From contig JARDVH010000154.1 of assembly GCA_030324005.1 (NCBI GenBank), forward strand, positions 26,731,841 through 26,795,840: DNA of 64,000 nucleotides, read 5' to 3'. Shown piece after piece: positions 1 through 13,939 of the stretch (positions are counted from its first letter, which is position 1; every line of letters begins with the position of its first letter). Origin of the DNA: Negaprion brevirostris (lineage: Eukaryota). The notes under the pieces were generated by a model. It did not search any database and had not been told where the DNA came from. It saw only the letters and a program-made list of their open reading frames with translations. The translations under genes were made by a program, and so were the position numbers.

Positions 1-1500
1 ATACTTGAGGTGACTGTAACATGGGAATAGGAAGAAGAGCAATTTCTGGCAATGATTAGATAATTGAGAGTAGTCCCACCCAGCTGGGTGATAGTCAAAA
101 GGTGTTGAAGGACAACAGTATGCTTAACTATACCGAAGGTTGCAAAGAGGTCGAAAGACGAGGCGGGAAAAGTTTAGTTTTGTTACAGTCACCCAGGATG
201 CCATTTGTGACTTTGAGTTTTTCTGGGCTGTGGCGAAGGTGGATATCTGAGTGATTCAAGCATGAGTTTAAGGAAAGTTGAGAGTGGATTTGGAAGGCAG
301 CAGCACATTCAAGGACTTTGGAAAGGAAACAGAGATGGAAAGTGAGGGGATGGGTTGAGAGTTTGCAAAGACATTGAGATCAAAGGCAGTTTGTTTTTGA
401 GGAGGGAGTGCTGACAGATTTAACGGGGGTGGGGGGGGGGGCGGTGGGGGAGAGAGATTTGAAAAGAAAACCACTTACGATATTGGCTAGAATGAGTACC
501 CGGAAGGGAAGTTGTGTGACCAGCAGTTTAATGGGAATCAAGGGTAAGTTGAGTTCAGAACTAGAGTAAAAAGATTTAAAGGAAGTTTGGTCAGGTGGGC
601 TAGTGGAAGGGAGCACCATGGCGGAGGCAGCTAATTGGAGTGTCCCGGTCATGTTGACAGAAAAATCCATGCACTTCTTGCAGTTACTGGAGGTAAGGGT
701 AGTAGGAGAAGGATTTAAGAAGATGGTTTATGGTTGAGAAAAGAAGCTGGAATTATCTTTGCATTCCAGAATTATCCTAGAATAGTGAACAGTTCTGGCA
801 GATGAAAGCAGTCCCTGATAATAAGTTGTCCAGCTAGATCTGATAGTGGATTTTTCAACTGGTTATCCGTTGTGTCCTTTCAAATCTGCAACTCTTGGAG
901 TTAAGTGAGTGGAGATGAGAACTGTATCTGGGGCAATGGCCAGGGGTGAGAAAGAGTAATAGTTTTATTGGGGACTAGGATATCAAAGGTGGAAGTGAGG
1001 GTACAGCTGAATAAACGAATAGTTGCAGAAATGTATAAACGGAGATCCAAAGGCTAGGTGTTTGAGAATTTGAATGTGCAGTTACAATTCAGTTGGGGGC
1101 AGCTTTTTCCAGCATTCAGATATAAAATATGGTAGGCATTGGGTGTGGGTGATAAGCAGTAGAAGGTGAGATGATCTTGTGTGATTGAAACAGTACCGAG
1201 ATGACATGACTTGGCAAGGTGAAGGGAGTGGCTGTGAGCTTGCGTTGGGGAATTTACATGGAGGGAGAGATTTAGGGAGGAAAGAGAAATTGATGAGTTG
1301 ATGGAGATTGAAATCATGAAAATGTAAAGTAGTTTGATCGAGGCATGTACTGAAGAAATCATTATGGGGGAAAGTATCATCACTTCTCACCTGGGTTTCT
1401 GTTAAAATCATAATATCAGTGCAATCATTCACAAATTCATGTGTGGCAATGACCATGTTCTCAAGTGAATGGACACTTTGAAGGATAATGCCTAGAGAGT
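1..1500 (-). mobile_element. Degenerate L2-clade LINE ORF2 (endonuclease to RT) fragment
   Basis: Minus-strand peptides DIMILTETQV and HDFNLH (APE endonuclease), and LKVTNGILGDCNKTKL (RT, cf. KVTNDILCDCD); many frameshifts. Confidence 0.7.
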
Positions 1501-2259
1501 GATAACTGATGTACTGGCATGTCCATATGATCGGTAGTGGGAGGTTTGTTGGATAACATTGGCGTAGTTAGTGTCAAGTGGGTGCAATAATTGGGAAGGC
1601 TGCCAAGAGTGGGGAGGGAAATTAGGGAAGCTGCTCATGATGAGCAAACACTTGAATGCCTCGATGAGCCCATCAAAGGATAGCACAAAAAAAAGACCCT
1701 GGGAAGTTGCAGGCTTTTCTAACGAAGAAAATCGAACCTGGCATGATGCCAGGCGATCAGGAAGAGGATTTGGGGTGGGGAATTTGGAGGGCAGGGTACT
1801 GGAGGAAGGCAGAGTGAAAGGAGGTTTAATAACAGAAGAGTGTCTCGGAGGGGTAAAGAGAAAAGAGTTGCTGTCTGTTGCTTGTGGCTGACTTCCTGAA
1901 ACTGACTATTGAACTGATCTGGGGACCTATCAAAACATGCCCAGAGGGTAGGCAGAAACCAATATAACAAGCATTTGAAGATCCTGTACCTTAAACATTA
2001 CAATGTCCACATACTTATAATTTAACACCCAGGGGCACACAGATCAATGGATTTCATGACAAAAAATAGATCTAGATTTTTCCAGATCTTTTCCACAGGT
2101 TGCAAATTTGAAAAAAAATACAGATAAAAAGCAGAGCTTTATGCTTTTTTCCAACATAGTCCAGTGCAGACACGGTGATGGTTTATTAGTGATTTGTGTG
2201 AAGAAACAAGTTTGCATTTGGCATTGAAGTAGAAGAGAATACGTATTACAACTGGAAGC

Positions 2260-4130
2260 AGGAAGTTGCATAGGTTAAGTGAGTGGTCAGAGCTCTCTGA
2301 CAGATGTAGTTTAATGTGGGCTGATGCAAGGTCATCCGCTTTGGAGCGAAGAATGTTACATCCATAAATTTTCTAAATAAGGAAGTAGTACTTGAAAGGG
2401 AACAAATACATGTGGGAGTTTAAATATGCAGGTTATTTAAAACCTATAGAGAGATTTAAAAAAATCAAAAAGGCTAATGGAATAATACATTTTCTGATGG
2501 GACTCTATACAAAGTTGTGCAAAGCCTTGGTCAGAGTCCATCTGGACTACTACATAAGAACGTAAGAAATAGGAGCAGGAGTAGGCCATGTAGCCCTTTG
2601 AGCCTGCCCCGCCATTCAGTAAGATCATGGCTGATCTGTNNNNNNNNNNNNNNNNNNNNNNNNNNNNNNNNNNNNNNNNNNNNNNNNNNNNNNNNNNNNN
2701 NNNNNNNNNNNNNNNNNNNNNNNNNNNNNNNNNNNNNNNNNNNNNNNNNNNNNNNNNNNNNNNNNNNNNNNNNNNNNNNNNNNNNNNNNNNNNNNNNNNN
2801 NNNNNNNNNNNNNNNNNNNNNNNNNNNNNNNNNNNNNNNNNNNNNNNNNNNNNNNNNNNNNNNNNNNNNNNNNNNNNNNNNNNNNNNNNNNNNNNNNNNN
2901 NNNNNNNNNNNNNNNNNNNNNNNNNNNNNNNNNNNNNNNNNNNNNNNNNNNNNNNNNNNNNNNNNNNNNNNNNNNNNNNNNNNNNNNNNNNNNNNNNNNN
3001 NNNNNNNNNNNNNNNNNNNNNNNNNNNNNNNNNNNNNNNNNNNNNNNNNNNNNNNNNNNNNNNNNNNNNNNNNNNNNNNNNNNNNNNNNNNNNNNNNNNN
3101 NNNNNNNNNNNNNNNNNNNNNNNNNNNNNNNNNNNNNNNNNNNNNNNNACGGATCCAGAAAGTAGGACTGCTGTCCAGTTAACCTAACATCTGTCAGGAA
3201 AAATGCTAGGGCCTATTATTAGGGAGGCTACAGCAGGGCACTTAGGAAGTTTTTTGTGAAAGGAAAATCTTATTTGACTAATTCATTGTATTTTTTGGGG
3301 CAGTGGCGCAGAATGTGGATGAAGCAGAATGTGTAGATGTGCTGTACTTGGATTTTCAAAAGACGTTTGATAAGGTGTCACATCAAAGATTAATCCATAA
3401 AATAAGAGTGTAAGAGACAACATGTTAGCATGGAGGAGGATTGGTTGACTAAGAAGAAGCCAAAGTAGGGATAAATGGGTCACTTTCTGCAAGGCGTGCC
3501 ACAGGGATCAATGCTGGAACCTCAGATTTTTACAAATGATATCAATGGTATGGGATTGAGGGAGCAGATGTATGTTTGCCAAAGTTGCTGATGACACAAA
3601 GACAGGAAACTAAATTGAGGGAAACAAGAGTCTGTAAAGGGTTGTAGATTAGTTAAGCATGTGGGTAAAAAATGGTGGATGGAGTATAATGTAGGAAATG
3701 TGAACTTGTGCACTTTGGCAAGGTTATTAGAAAATTAGCACCTCTTAAATAAAAAGAGATTGCTGAACTCTATCTTGGTGTCCTGTCCGAAGCAGTAAAA
3801 GTTCGTATGTGGCACAGCAAATGACTAGAAAGGGAACTGGAATATTGTTTATTGCAAGGGGAATTAAATATAAATGTTGGGAAGTTGTATGAGGTGTTGG
3901 TGAGGCCACATCTGAGTGCTGGGTACAGTTTACAGTTTACCTGAAAAATTGCATTAGAAGCAGTGCAGAGAATATTATCTTGACTGATCCCTGAAATGAA
4001 GGGGCCGTTATTCGAAAGATTGGGCCTTGTATCCATTGAGTTTAGAAATTGAGAGGTGATTCTTTTGAAAAATGTGAGAAAGACAAAGTGGGGTTGACGC
4101 CACAATCAGTTCAACCATGGTCTTAATGAA
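2260..4130. mobile_element. Nested CR1 LINE fragments: old + strand RT remnants interrupted by a younger - strand 3' end (2553-2639) running into a gap
   Basis: YLDFQKTFDKVSHQRL-type RT motif at ~3345; tail acataagaacgtaagaaataggagcaggagtaggcc. Confidence 0.75.
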
Positions 4131-4615
4131 AGTTTGTATATTTAGCGCTAGTGATTGCTTTGCTGCTTCAGCTGAATGCTAATAGAAAGCTAACAGCCTG
4201 GAAAAGAGACTCTTAACTTTCACAAGGTGTGAAAGACCTTGCTGATCTAGTCCACCGCTTTGTATGGACTAAAAGCAAAATACTGCGGATGGTGGCAAAG
4301 GGTCATCTAGACTCACCGTTGGCCCTTTTCTCTGTCCACAGATACTCAGACAGTCAGCATTTTCTACCTTTGTTTAGTATGAACTGTTGGAGTTTAATAA
4401 CAATTAAGGACACACTTTTCTCCCAGAACTGCTGTTAAATTACCTCATAAACAGAGTTCCTTTTGTATTTCTATTTTGGATGTTTTTGTAGTCTGCCAAT
4501 TTTGGAGCATTGAATAATTACTTTGAATACTTGTGTAGCATAATCTAGATTTTTTTTAAGTTGGGAACAGTGATTGAAACACAAGCGAAGGCTTCTATTG
4601 GTCCATCAGGCTTCA

Positions 4616-4965
4616 CGTTAGGTCCCAGACTTTCCTGCAGTGATCCTTTTTAATTGAGCCCTTTTTAATACTTAGTGTGATCCCAGAGTTAAAAACAATG
4701 ATTACAGGCGCAAAAAACCCAAGACTTCTACTACTTTGCGAGTTCTATTAGCAGAGATTGGGCCTCATAGCCCACTTCATTAGGCCACATTCTCACCAAA
4801 CAAAAATATTGCAGACATTTAAAAAAGGCTTGCAGTAATTCCCAAAATATTTGGATTTTAGTTTCCATTCCACGGTTGTCATTGTTGTCTTGCAGTTTGT
4901 ACCCCAGTGGCTTGTCCTGTGACCCCATCGACTCACGACCGACGGTTTGGGAAGTCTTGCTCTAG
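4616..4965. mobile_element. Possible degenerate hAT/Charlie-type non-autonomous DNA transposon
   Basis: Ends resemble cagg..tcccaaactt / gtttgggaa...ctg termini; heavily decayed. Confidence 0.3.
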
Positions 4966-5189
4966 GTATAGCTTTGAGCTGATCTCATAAAGCTATATGT
5001 ACCATAATGCAGTAAGCATACAAACTAAATTGGGTCAGTGTATGCTCACAAGCGATAACATCATGATCTTCTATCACCACCAATATCATTCCATCATGAT
5101 GTTTGCAACATATGTTCACCTCAGTAGAATGGTCTGTAATTTTTGGAGAAACACATTAGGTTGTTCAAAGATAAATTTCATGACTTAGA

Positions 5190-6480
5190 TTGCACACTTA
5201 GAATGATAAGCTGATTCCAGCACAGGAGGTAGCCATTCAACCCATTAAGTCCAATCTGAGAGCTATTCAACTAGTTTCATTCCCCAGTTGTTTGTCTGTA
5301 ACCTTGCAGTTTTTTTTGCAGATGCTTATCCAAATTCCCTTTTGAATGTCACAGTTAAGTCTGCGCCAGCACACTCAGTGCGTAGTAGATTCCGACCACT
5401 TGTGTTTAAAGAGTTTTTTGGTGGGTTTTTTGCTGAACATCTTCAATCTATGCCCTCCTTTGTACTGAACTCCTTTGCCAATCTCTATCTCTCCTATTCT
5501 GCATAGATCCCTCTTGACTTTGAGAACCTGTCAAATCTCCTTAAGACTGTCACTTCTCTGAGTGAGCAACAAAAGTGAGCGTGCTTCTACTGTTTTAGCC
5601 ACCCATTCAGCGTCGGAGGTACCCCATGGAGGNNNNNNNNNNNNNNNNNNNNNNNNNNNNNNNNNNNNNNNNNNNNNNNNNNNNNNNNNNNNNNNNNNNN
5701 NNNNNNNNNNNNNNNGGGGGGAATCCTCCCTCACTACGTAGGGGACCCAGGGTGGACGGTGGTGCTATACAACCACAAATTGATAGGTACATGGAGCTTG
5801 ATCTTGGGTTTAGACATAGCTCGACACAGCATTGAGGGCCGAAGGGCCTGTACTTTGCTGTACTGTTCTATGTTTCTTCAAATTACCTCATAACTGAAGC
5901 CCATATGCCTAAAATCATTTCTTTTCTGAATTCCCTTTTTACAGCCTTCACATTCTTCTTAAAGGGCACTGCTCCGAATTGGGCATAATCCTCCATTTGA
6001 AGCTGAACCTGTGTTTTATAAAGGTTCATAGCATCCGTGTATGTCATCTTAACCCTTTCTTGATCTGCCTTGCCATCTTCAAGAATTTGTGCTAATGGAT
6101 GTGTATGTTCCTGCACCTCCTTTACAATGATCATTTTTGGTTTATCCCGCCTCTCCTGTTTCTTCCTTTTAAAATGTCATTCCCCTTTTTGCTTTAAATT
6201 TCACTTGTCACTTCCACCAGCCTGTATATGTTCTCTTGAACTCTGGCACTGTCTTCATCACAGTTCAAATACTCCTAAGTTTTGTCATCTGCAAATTTTA
6301 CCCCAGTGGTTAGCACTAGTTAGTGTCTTCTTCCACTCTGAAAGGCCATTTTTTTACCACTACTGTTTCCTGTCACTTGGTCAACTTAACCATTTTGCCA
6401 CTGTCACATTTATGATAGTAGGCTCGTCAACAAAGTTGAGGTCACTATGTGGCACTTTATAAAATGCATTTTGGAAGTCC
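5190..6480. mobile_element. CR1 LINE remnants (- strand, old) with a + strand CR1 3' tail at ~5770-5875
   Basis: gggccgaagggcctgtactttgctgtactgttctatg tail; aggtagccattcaacccattaagtcc tail on the opposite strand. Confidence 0.6.
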
Positions 6481-6487
6481 ATATATA

Positions 6488-6806
6488 GGGCAGCACGGTG
6501 GTACAGTAGTTAACACTGCTGTCTGTCAGTGCCAGGGACCTGGGTTCAATTCTGACCTCCGGTCACTGTCCATGTGGAGTTTGCACACACCCCCCATATC
6601 TGTGTGGGTTTTCACTGGGTGCTCCGATTTCCCCCCTCAGTCCAAAAGGTGTGTGGGTTACCCATGTTTGACCATGTCAAATTGCCCCTTAGTGTCAGGG
6701 GGATTAGAGGATTTAACATGTGGGGTTATGGGTGTGTAAGATCTAGGTGGGATNNNNNNNNNNNNNNNNNNNNNNNNNNNNNNNNTCTGCACAGTAGAGA
6801 TTTTAT
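6488..6806 (+). mobile_element. tRNA-derived V-SINE (HE1-like elasmobranch SINE)
   Basis: A-box/B-box head ggtggtacagtagttaac...gggttcaattc; V-domain tgtggagtttgcac...tgtgtgggttttcactgggtgctccg. Confidence 0.85.
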
Positions 6807-8299
6807 ACACCACGTCAACAATGTTCCACTCATTAACTCCATTACTTCATCAAAAAAATCTCAACCAAGTTAATTGCACGTGGCCATTCAGGATTATTTA
6901 GTGCAAACAGTTGATGCAATCGATGCACTAAACAAAACATTGGTAACATAATTTATATGGTTGTGATCTCTAATTTCACTGCAATTTGTCTTGGAATTTT
7001 TTTGAGAGCTAAGTTTTAATAGTGGGTTACTCTAGTTCAAAGTCCTATTTTATTTACAAAAGCTTTCTTAGTCTTGCAGTTGGCGCCATTCTTCTGTAAA
7101 ACTAAAACCTCGTTTTTGATAAGAATCAGCTTACCTGTGTTTAGATTTTAGCTGCAACGTTTTTAAAAATAGCAGAGTTGTACAGTCTTAACAGCTCAGT
7201 TGGCCACAGGACTCTAGAGCTATATTTAAAATAGATCAAACTGCACTTGTGTGCTCTAATAATGTGCATACATTTGCACGTTTGTCCCTTTGACGTTTGT
7301 GTATGTGAGGCAGGGAGTTCTCTTCTTGCAAGTGCTATATGTAGGCCACTCGTAGTTTTCAGGCAGCTTTTGGCATAGTTTGGAATGAGGAACATTGCAA
7401 CAACAATGTACTTACCTTGGTTTCAAATGTAAAGTTAATTTGGTGCAGGGTTATGAAGAATTCATTCTGCGGTTTGCAGTTATGACCACATTTTCGATTC
7501 AGGTGGTATGGTACCTCAATTTCCATGGTTGAGATGAGAGNNNNNNNNNNTTGCCATTTATCGAGATTTGCAAGAAATTAATAAGCAGAGTTTACCAGAA
7601 TGTCGTAAAGCCTCTTCAAAATATCAACCTATAGTTCAGCAGAAATTGATACGTATACGAACCCTTGTCAAATTGAAAGTGTGCAAATCCTCTGATAACT
7701 TGTATGCCATTCTGCAGTCTCTTCAGAGATTAATTTTAGCGTATATGTCCAGAAAGAAATAGAACTTTCTCTAGCCACTGAAAACACTATTTTAGAGGGC
7801 ATCTGGCAAACATTATTTCAAAGCAATTTACTGAGTTAATAATTAGGAGTATATTAAACTATATAATTTCCCCTGTGGCTTCAGTGACGCAGAAACCACA
7901 TTGCAAATTTTCACTCTGCAACTGGTGTAGACAACTATAAGAAAACAAAGTTTGCCGAAGATGTTCATTTTGTGATGTGGGTTCAGGTTTCACAGTTTTG
8001 ATTTTGTTGTTCAGTTTACTTTCCAAAAGCACTTCAGAACGTTTACTGGGCAGTTATAATGGAGCTTTCAAGATAGGCTTTGACTTTGCTTGGGAGCATT
8101 TCTCTGGATTCCTGCCCATATAAGAGCTTAACCTTTCAAATATCCAAATCGTGCAAATCAGCTGTCCAAAGTTCAATTCCTGATCTATCTTGATTTTAGT
8201 GGATCATGGTACTCCTGGGTTACAGGGGGAAATTAACACTGAAGTCCATAAGATGCAGGGACAAAGTTAGGCCACTCAGCCCATTGATACCTGTAGTCA

Positions 8300-8551
8300 A
8301 AGATGGAGGATAGCAAATGTTGTCCCCTTGTTCAAGAAGGGGAGTAGAGACCATCCTGGAAATTATAGACTGGTGAGCCTTACTTCTGTGGTGGGCAAAG
8401 TTTTGGAAAGGACTATAAGAGATAGGATTTATAATCATCTAGAGAGAAATAATTTGATTAGGGATAGTTGACACGGTTTTGTGAAGGGTAGGTCGTGCCT
8501 CACAAACCTTATTGAGTTCTTTGAGAAGATGACCAAAGAGGTGGATGAGGG
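8300..8551 (+). mobile_element. Young CR1 ORF2 RT fragment running into a gap
   Basis: WRIANVVPLFKKGSRDHPGNYRLVSLTSVVGK...HGFVKGRSCLTNLIEFFE. Confidence 0.9.
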
Positions 8552-9197
8552 NNNNNNNNNNNNNNNNNNNNNNNNNNNNNNNNNNNNNNNNNNNNNNNNN
8601 NNNNNNNNNNNNNNNNNNNNNNNNNNNNNNNNNNNNNNNNNNNNNNNNNNNNNNNNNNNNNNNNNNNNNNNNNNNNNNNNNNNNNNNNNNNNNNNNNNNN
8701 NNNNNNNNNNNNNNNNNNNNNNNNNNNNNNNNNNNNNNNNNNNNNNNNNNNNNNNNNNNNNNNNNNNNNNNNNNNNNNNNNNNNNNNNNNNNNNNNNNNN
8801 NNNNNNNNNNNNNNNNNNNNNNNNNNNNNNNNNNNNNNNNNNNNNNNNNNNNNNNNNNNNNNNNNNNNNNNNNNNNNNNNNNNNNNNNNNNNNNNNNNNN
8901 NNNNNNNNNNNNNNNNNNNNNNNNNNNNNNNNNNNNNNNNNNNNNNNNNNNNNNNNNNNNNNNNNNNNNNNNNNNNNNNNNNNNNNNNNNNNNNNNNNNN
9001 NNNNNNNNNNNNNNNNNNNNNNNNNNNNNNNNNNNNNNNNNNNNNNNNNNNNNNNNNNNNNNNNNNNNNNNNNNNNNNNNNNNNNNNNNNNNNNNNNNNN
9101 NNNNNNNNNNNNNNNNNNNNNNNNNNNNNNNNNNNNNNNNNNNNNNNNNNNNNNNNNNNNNNNNNNNNNNNNNNNNNNNNNNNNNNNNNNNNNNNNN

Positions 9198-10300
9198 GAT
9201 TTACTGACCAAGCCGAAGCGTGCACCAGTACATATTTCCCCTACTCCAACAACACAAGAGGCACCAACGATAGAAAAAATAAGAACCCAGCCCTTTCCAG
9301 GATCCATGATCTCTTTGTACCTTCATAGAAGACGAGCAAGGATTCTTTAATCCCAAAGTAATAAATGTATAAAAGAAAGTAGTTCTAATGGTTTTCCTTA
9401 CCTTTTATAAGGCCATACCAACCACCACTATACCAAACCACTTACCTGCTACCCTGCTGTGGCGTTATTCATCTATAAATAAAGTGAAAGGTACCAAAAA
9501 AAACTCACTCGGTGTGAATACAAGGGTCACAGCAATTAAAAACATGTAAATACCATACAATCCTCATGTCATGTAACCAACAGAAAGGAGACCTACAAAC
9601 AATTCCCAAACAAGGAAATATCTCCGTATTGCAAACACCGAAATCCAATAATTAAAATTTGAGACAGGGCCAGAAGCAGCCCCCCTTACTCACACTGCTT
9701 CCCCAATATCAAAACCAAGATTGAATGCTGACAATAATGCACATTTAAGCTAAGGCCTTCCTCTCGCCAGCATTGGGATGAATTCCATTGAAGAGAAAAA
9801 AGAGACAATCTTGATTTTTTTCAGGATAACGGGTGTTAGATGTCTCCTGTGCTCATATGTCATACATCCTCGTCGGGATAAAAGACAATATCACAAAATC
9901 AGAATAATAATCACAAGGGAACAAGGTTCAAGATTAACATTGAACTGCAGGATAATGTAACCACCCATGGAGCTTGAAAAGGCCAAAGCCATGGCAGGAT
10001 CATTGAGCAACACCCTGGATCCATCCAGAGTTTCACTGAAGCCTTTATATCTCTGCTATGTTGTTGCCCTGAAGCCCCAGTAAAGAGAAACCTAGACCCT
10101 GACGGGTTGTGAAGACCTGTTGTGTCCGGCTGCCTCCAGTCCTCAATGTCTTGTCCTTGATGTTCAATGCAAGACCAGTCATCGGAGTCTTTGACCAACT
10201 CCAGGCCTCGAAGACTGGATACAATGTGCTCCATCTAATTTAACGGCCAACCTTCATATTGAGATTGTGAAAGTATGGCAGCCAGTTCTCAAATTTGGCC
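9198..10300 (-). mobile_element. Probable degenerate L1-clade LINE (ORF1 C-terminal part and downstream sequence)
   Basis: Minus-strand peptide KLDGAHCIQSSRPGVGQRLR*LVLH resembles L1 ORF1p IERAHR...RPRPIIV; later RVLLNDPAMALAF resembles the ORF1p C-terminus. Confidence 0.4.
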
Positions 10301-10307
10301 AGGAATT

Positions 10308-10578
10308 GGGTGACACAGTGGTTGGCGCTGCTGCCTCAGCACCAGAGACCTGAGTTCAATTCTGGCCTTGGTTAGTGTCTGTGTGGTGTTTGCACATTCC
10401 CCTGTGTGTGCATGGGTTTCCTCTGGATGTTCCAGTTTTCTCCTGCACTCCAAAGATGTGCAGGTTTGGCTGATTGGCCATGCTAAATCCCCTCAGGATG
10501 ATTAGCGGATAAATACGTGGGGTTACAGGGATAGGGCCTGGGTGAGATTGTTGTCGGTGTGAGCTCAGTGGGCTGAAT
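10308..10578 (+). mobile_element. V-SINE (HE1-like)
   Basis: Same head and V-domain as 6488 and 54681. Confidence 0.85.
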
Positions 10579-11321
10579 TTTTCCCCAAGTGCATGGACGT
10601 TCCTTCTCCTGGCTCTATCTCAAATCAACCAGAATTTCCGAGGACTGAAGATGAGCCCCCACCAAGGCCTGTTGACTGACTGGATTCTCTTCACCACTTC
10701 TTCTATTCCCTATGATATCTTGCAGTTCGTCATGAGTGTCAGTGATCTATGCTACGGAGCCAGGACCACCATACACAATGTCACCCACGGTAGCAGGCAT
10801 CATCTTGATGCCTATGGCATTGCTGAAGCGTGGGCCTGCTCATCAGTGAAACCACCACTATGAACTGAGCCCTACTACGGCCATCTCTGACTGCCTCAAT
10901 CAAACGAGGAATTGCTCCTTATCAATAAAATTTAGCTGGTATTATCTAGGAACATAGCACAGGTCTCCCCTTGCTAATGGTAATTTTGTAGCTCAAGTTT
11001 AGGCACCCAACAGTGGAAGCTGTGGTTCAAATCCAGCTCTGGAAAACTACTCTCGGCCAGTTAGTTCGTTAATTTGAGTTGAATTAACTTCCAGCAGGTT
11101 TGCCTAATCCTTGATGTCGTTAATTTGTTGCCAGATTATTGAATGAAGGATTTCTAAGCTGATGAAAGGGGTCTGGTAATGTGTTTAATCGGAATTAAAT
11201 TCATCTTAATTTTTGCAAAACGCAAAAGTTAGTTTTTGACTAAACTAAATTATTTTCTTCCAGAAGGTAAAATTTCTTTCTTTAGAATCTTCAGGGAATG
11301 GTGTTAATATTTTGAATGTAA

Positions 11322-11522
<201 letters not shown>

Positions 11523-11984
11523 TAGTTCTTTTAAACAGTTCTATTGCTTGGGCGTGGGAGTTGGGTGAAGAAAAGTATATTGGCACCCTCAGCTACTCCT
11601 GCCTATTTTTAGAAGGCTTTATTTGATCTCCAAATTGAACACAGTTTTCAAACTTGTGCGTATCTTTGTTTTCAGTTTTTCAGAGGTGCTGAGTTATGCC
11701 TGGGGTTTGATTCGATGGACAGAAGCAACATGCAGTAGCTTTCTATTCTGTTTGTGTGGGACAACTAATTATTGTCCGCATGCTGTTTGCTTGTGAGAAG
11801 GCATTGCTGCCAAACTTGATCCTGGATAACTTGAATAGTGATGAAGGGGATTGAGACAGTTTACTTAATGCTGGTTAGGGATAGCGCTGGGCCCTTCTCG
11901 ATCTGCTAGACTCAATTGTTGCCGTGCCATGTGGCACATATTCACATTATTCCTGTGAGCAGCCTGACTGTTTCTAAATTGTAA

Positions 11985-12085
11985 TATGCCAAAGAAGAGT
12001 CATCTTGGATTCAAAATGTTAACGCTGTTTCTGTCTCCACAGATGCCACCAGACCTGAGTTTTTTTCCATTACTTTGTTTTTTAT
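11985..12085 (+). mobile_element. Decayed Penelope-derived short repeat
   Basis: aagaagagtcatcttggattcaaaatgttaacgctgtttctgtctccacagatgccaccagacctgagttttttcc; a related decayed copy lies at ~4290-4375. Confidence 0.5.
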
Positions 12086-12911
12086 TTGTAATAGTGTGTT
12101 GATTGCAGCCTTTCAAATTTTGGTTGTGTCACATGCTCGACCATGTTGTACGGAAAGCACTGAAGGTTGGAAGTTTTTCCATGCTGGCTATTAAGGCTGT
12201 AAAGTATTCAAATTACAAACCCCATTGCAGAGTGTTGAAATGTTATATTTGTGAACCACATAAGTACTTATCCTTCATGGCTTCACCAGTATGACATTTA
12301 AATCCATGCTCTCATTAATTTGAGTGTCTTCAGTTGCTGATGATCAAACTTGGTGTTTTGATTTAGGATACTTAGCTGGCAGAGGTGAAACTATGATCAC
12401 CTGGGAAGGGTGCACCTCTCAACTTTGTGGCTAAGATCACGTGTAATGCCTTTTCTTGTCAGCTTGGATCTTGTATGTCTCTCTTGTGGGGACCATGAAT
12501 TAGATTCAATTTGAATTGCTTTTTGGCGCAAGTAAGGAGATGGATTAAGGGCTTGCCCAGTCCACTCTGCACATTGGCTTTGCAACTTTAAGAGTAGATT
12601 AAAATTTAAAAAAAGGATCAATCTCTCAGTGAATCAAGAAGATCTAGTACAGGACTACAAAATTCACAGGGCAGAAAACCAATAAGTGCTAATAGAGCTG
12701 GATTGTCTCAGTTTCCTTGGCTGGATTACCAAGGTTTGGGAGCCAATGGCTCAGTTTGGACACATGTACCCGTCTTACACATGTAGCTAGGTAGCTTATT
12801 GAAGAGGCTTTACCCAATCGCTGATAATAAAGGCTTCCTGTTGCTGTTAAATACATTCTACTAGAGTTGTGACCATTTTGTAAATACAATGTTTACATTT
12901 GCCTTTATAGT

Positions 12912-13255
12912 TAGAGTCAGAGAATCATAGAGGTTTACAGCATGGAAACAGGCCCTTTGGCCCAACAGGTCCATGCTGCCCAGTTTTAACCACTAAACTA
13001 GTCCCAGTTGCCTGCATTTGGCCCATATCCCTCTATACCTATTTTACCTATATAACTGTCTAAATGCTTTTTTTTTGAAGGACAAAATTGTACTCGCCTC
13101 TACTACTGCCTCTACTCACCACCCTCAGTGAGAAAATTTCCCCTCTAGACCCTTTTCTGTATCTTCCCTCTCACCTTAAACCTATGCTCTCTAGTTTTGG
13201 ACTCCCTTACCTTTGGGGAAAAGATCTTGACTATCTACCTTATCTATGCCACTCT
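12912..13255 (-). mobile_element. CR1 LINE 3' end
   Basis: agaatcatagaggtttacagcatggaaacaggccctttggcccaac tail. Confidence 0.8.
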
Positions 13256-13939
13256 GGCCCTCAAATATTCCCTACTAAATGATTGAAACAATGTATAATC
13301 CCATATAGGGCACAGAAAATTGTGGGTAATGTAACCATATTTACTCAATATAGAATTCTCAGTTATAAGTTATTCCTAAATTAAATATGTCTTGATTATG
13401 TCCTGTTCTAAAGCTCAGCATCTATGATATAGATAGAAATCTCTAACCAATTTGTTGGAATTCCAGACATAGTTGCCAGTTGCTGACTAAACAGTATTAT
13501 TTATTTTGTGTGAATATCCTGCAGCACCCGGATTGTATGTACAATCAATGCCTGTGCCAGAATAAAACCAAATACAAATTTTACTCTTTGTCAAACAGCT
13601 ATGAAGTTTCTTCTTTGCAGAAGAGTCCAAATTTCATAACCCTTTGTTTCTAAAATGTTAACATCAGCAAATTAAATTTATTCAAAGCATTTTTAGCCAG
13701 TAGAATTCCTTGAGAACTACATCCTATGACTTGATGAGAAAGGTATTGTGCAGTTCATGATGAATTGAGGCAACCAATGCCACAGTATTTTAGCGCCCTG
13801 CTGAGAAAAATACAATGTCTTACTTATAAATTATAAATAGCTTTCATTAAATAACTCCCATTAGCTGTTGGATTAAATCCTAAGAGCAGCATGGGGCAAT
13901 CACCCTTGCTTTTATGCTATGTTACATCATGATCTTTCA

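Noticed and set aside
268-474. Poly-proline ORF
   Set aside because: It arises from a G-run (425-450) inside a decayed L2 element.
6488-6560. tRNA genes at A/B-box motifs (also 10308, 16338, 18215, 20676, 54681)
   Set aside because: They continue into SINE body and tail, so they are SINE heads.
2517-9350. Long ORFs in the track (2517..3182, 8435..9307, 8481..9350; likewise 35999..36688 and 63328..63678)
   Set aside because: They are made of N-runs translated as X; the real flanks are CR1 fragments.
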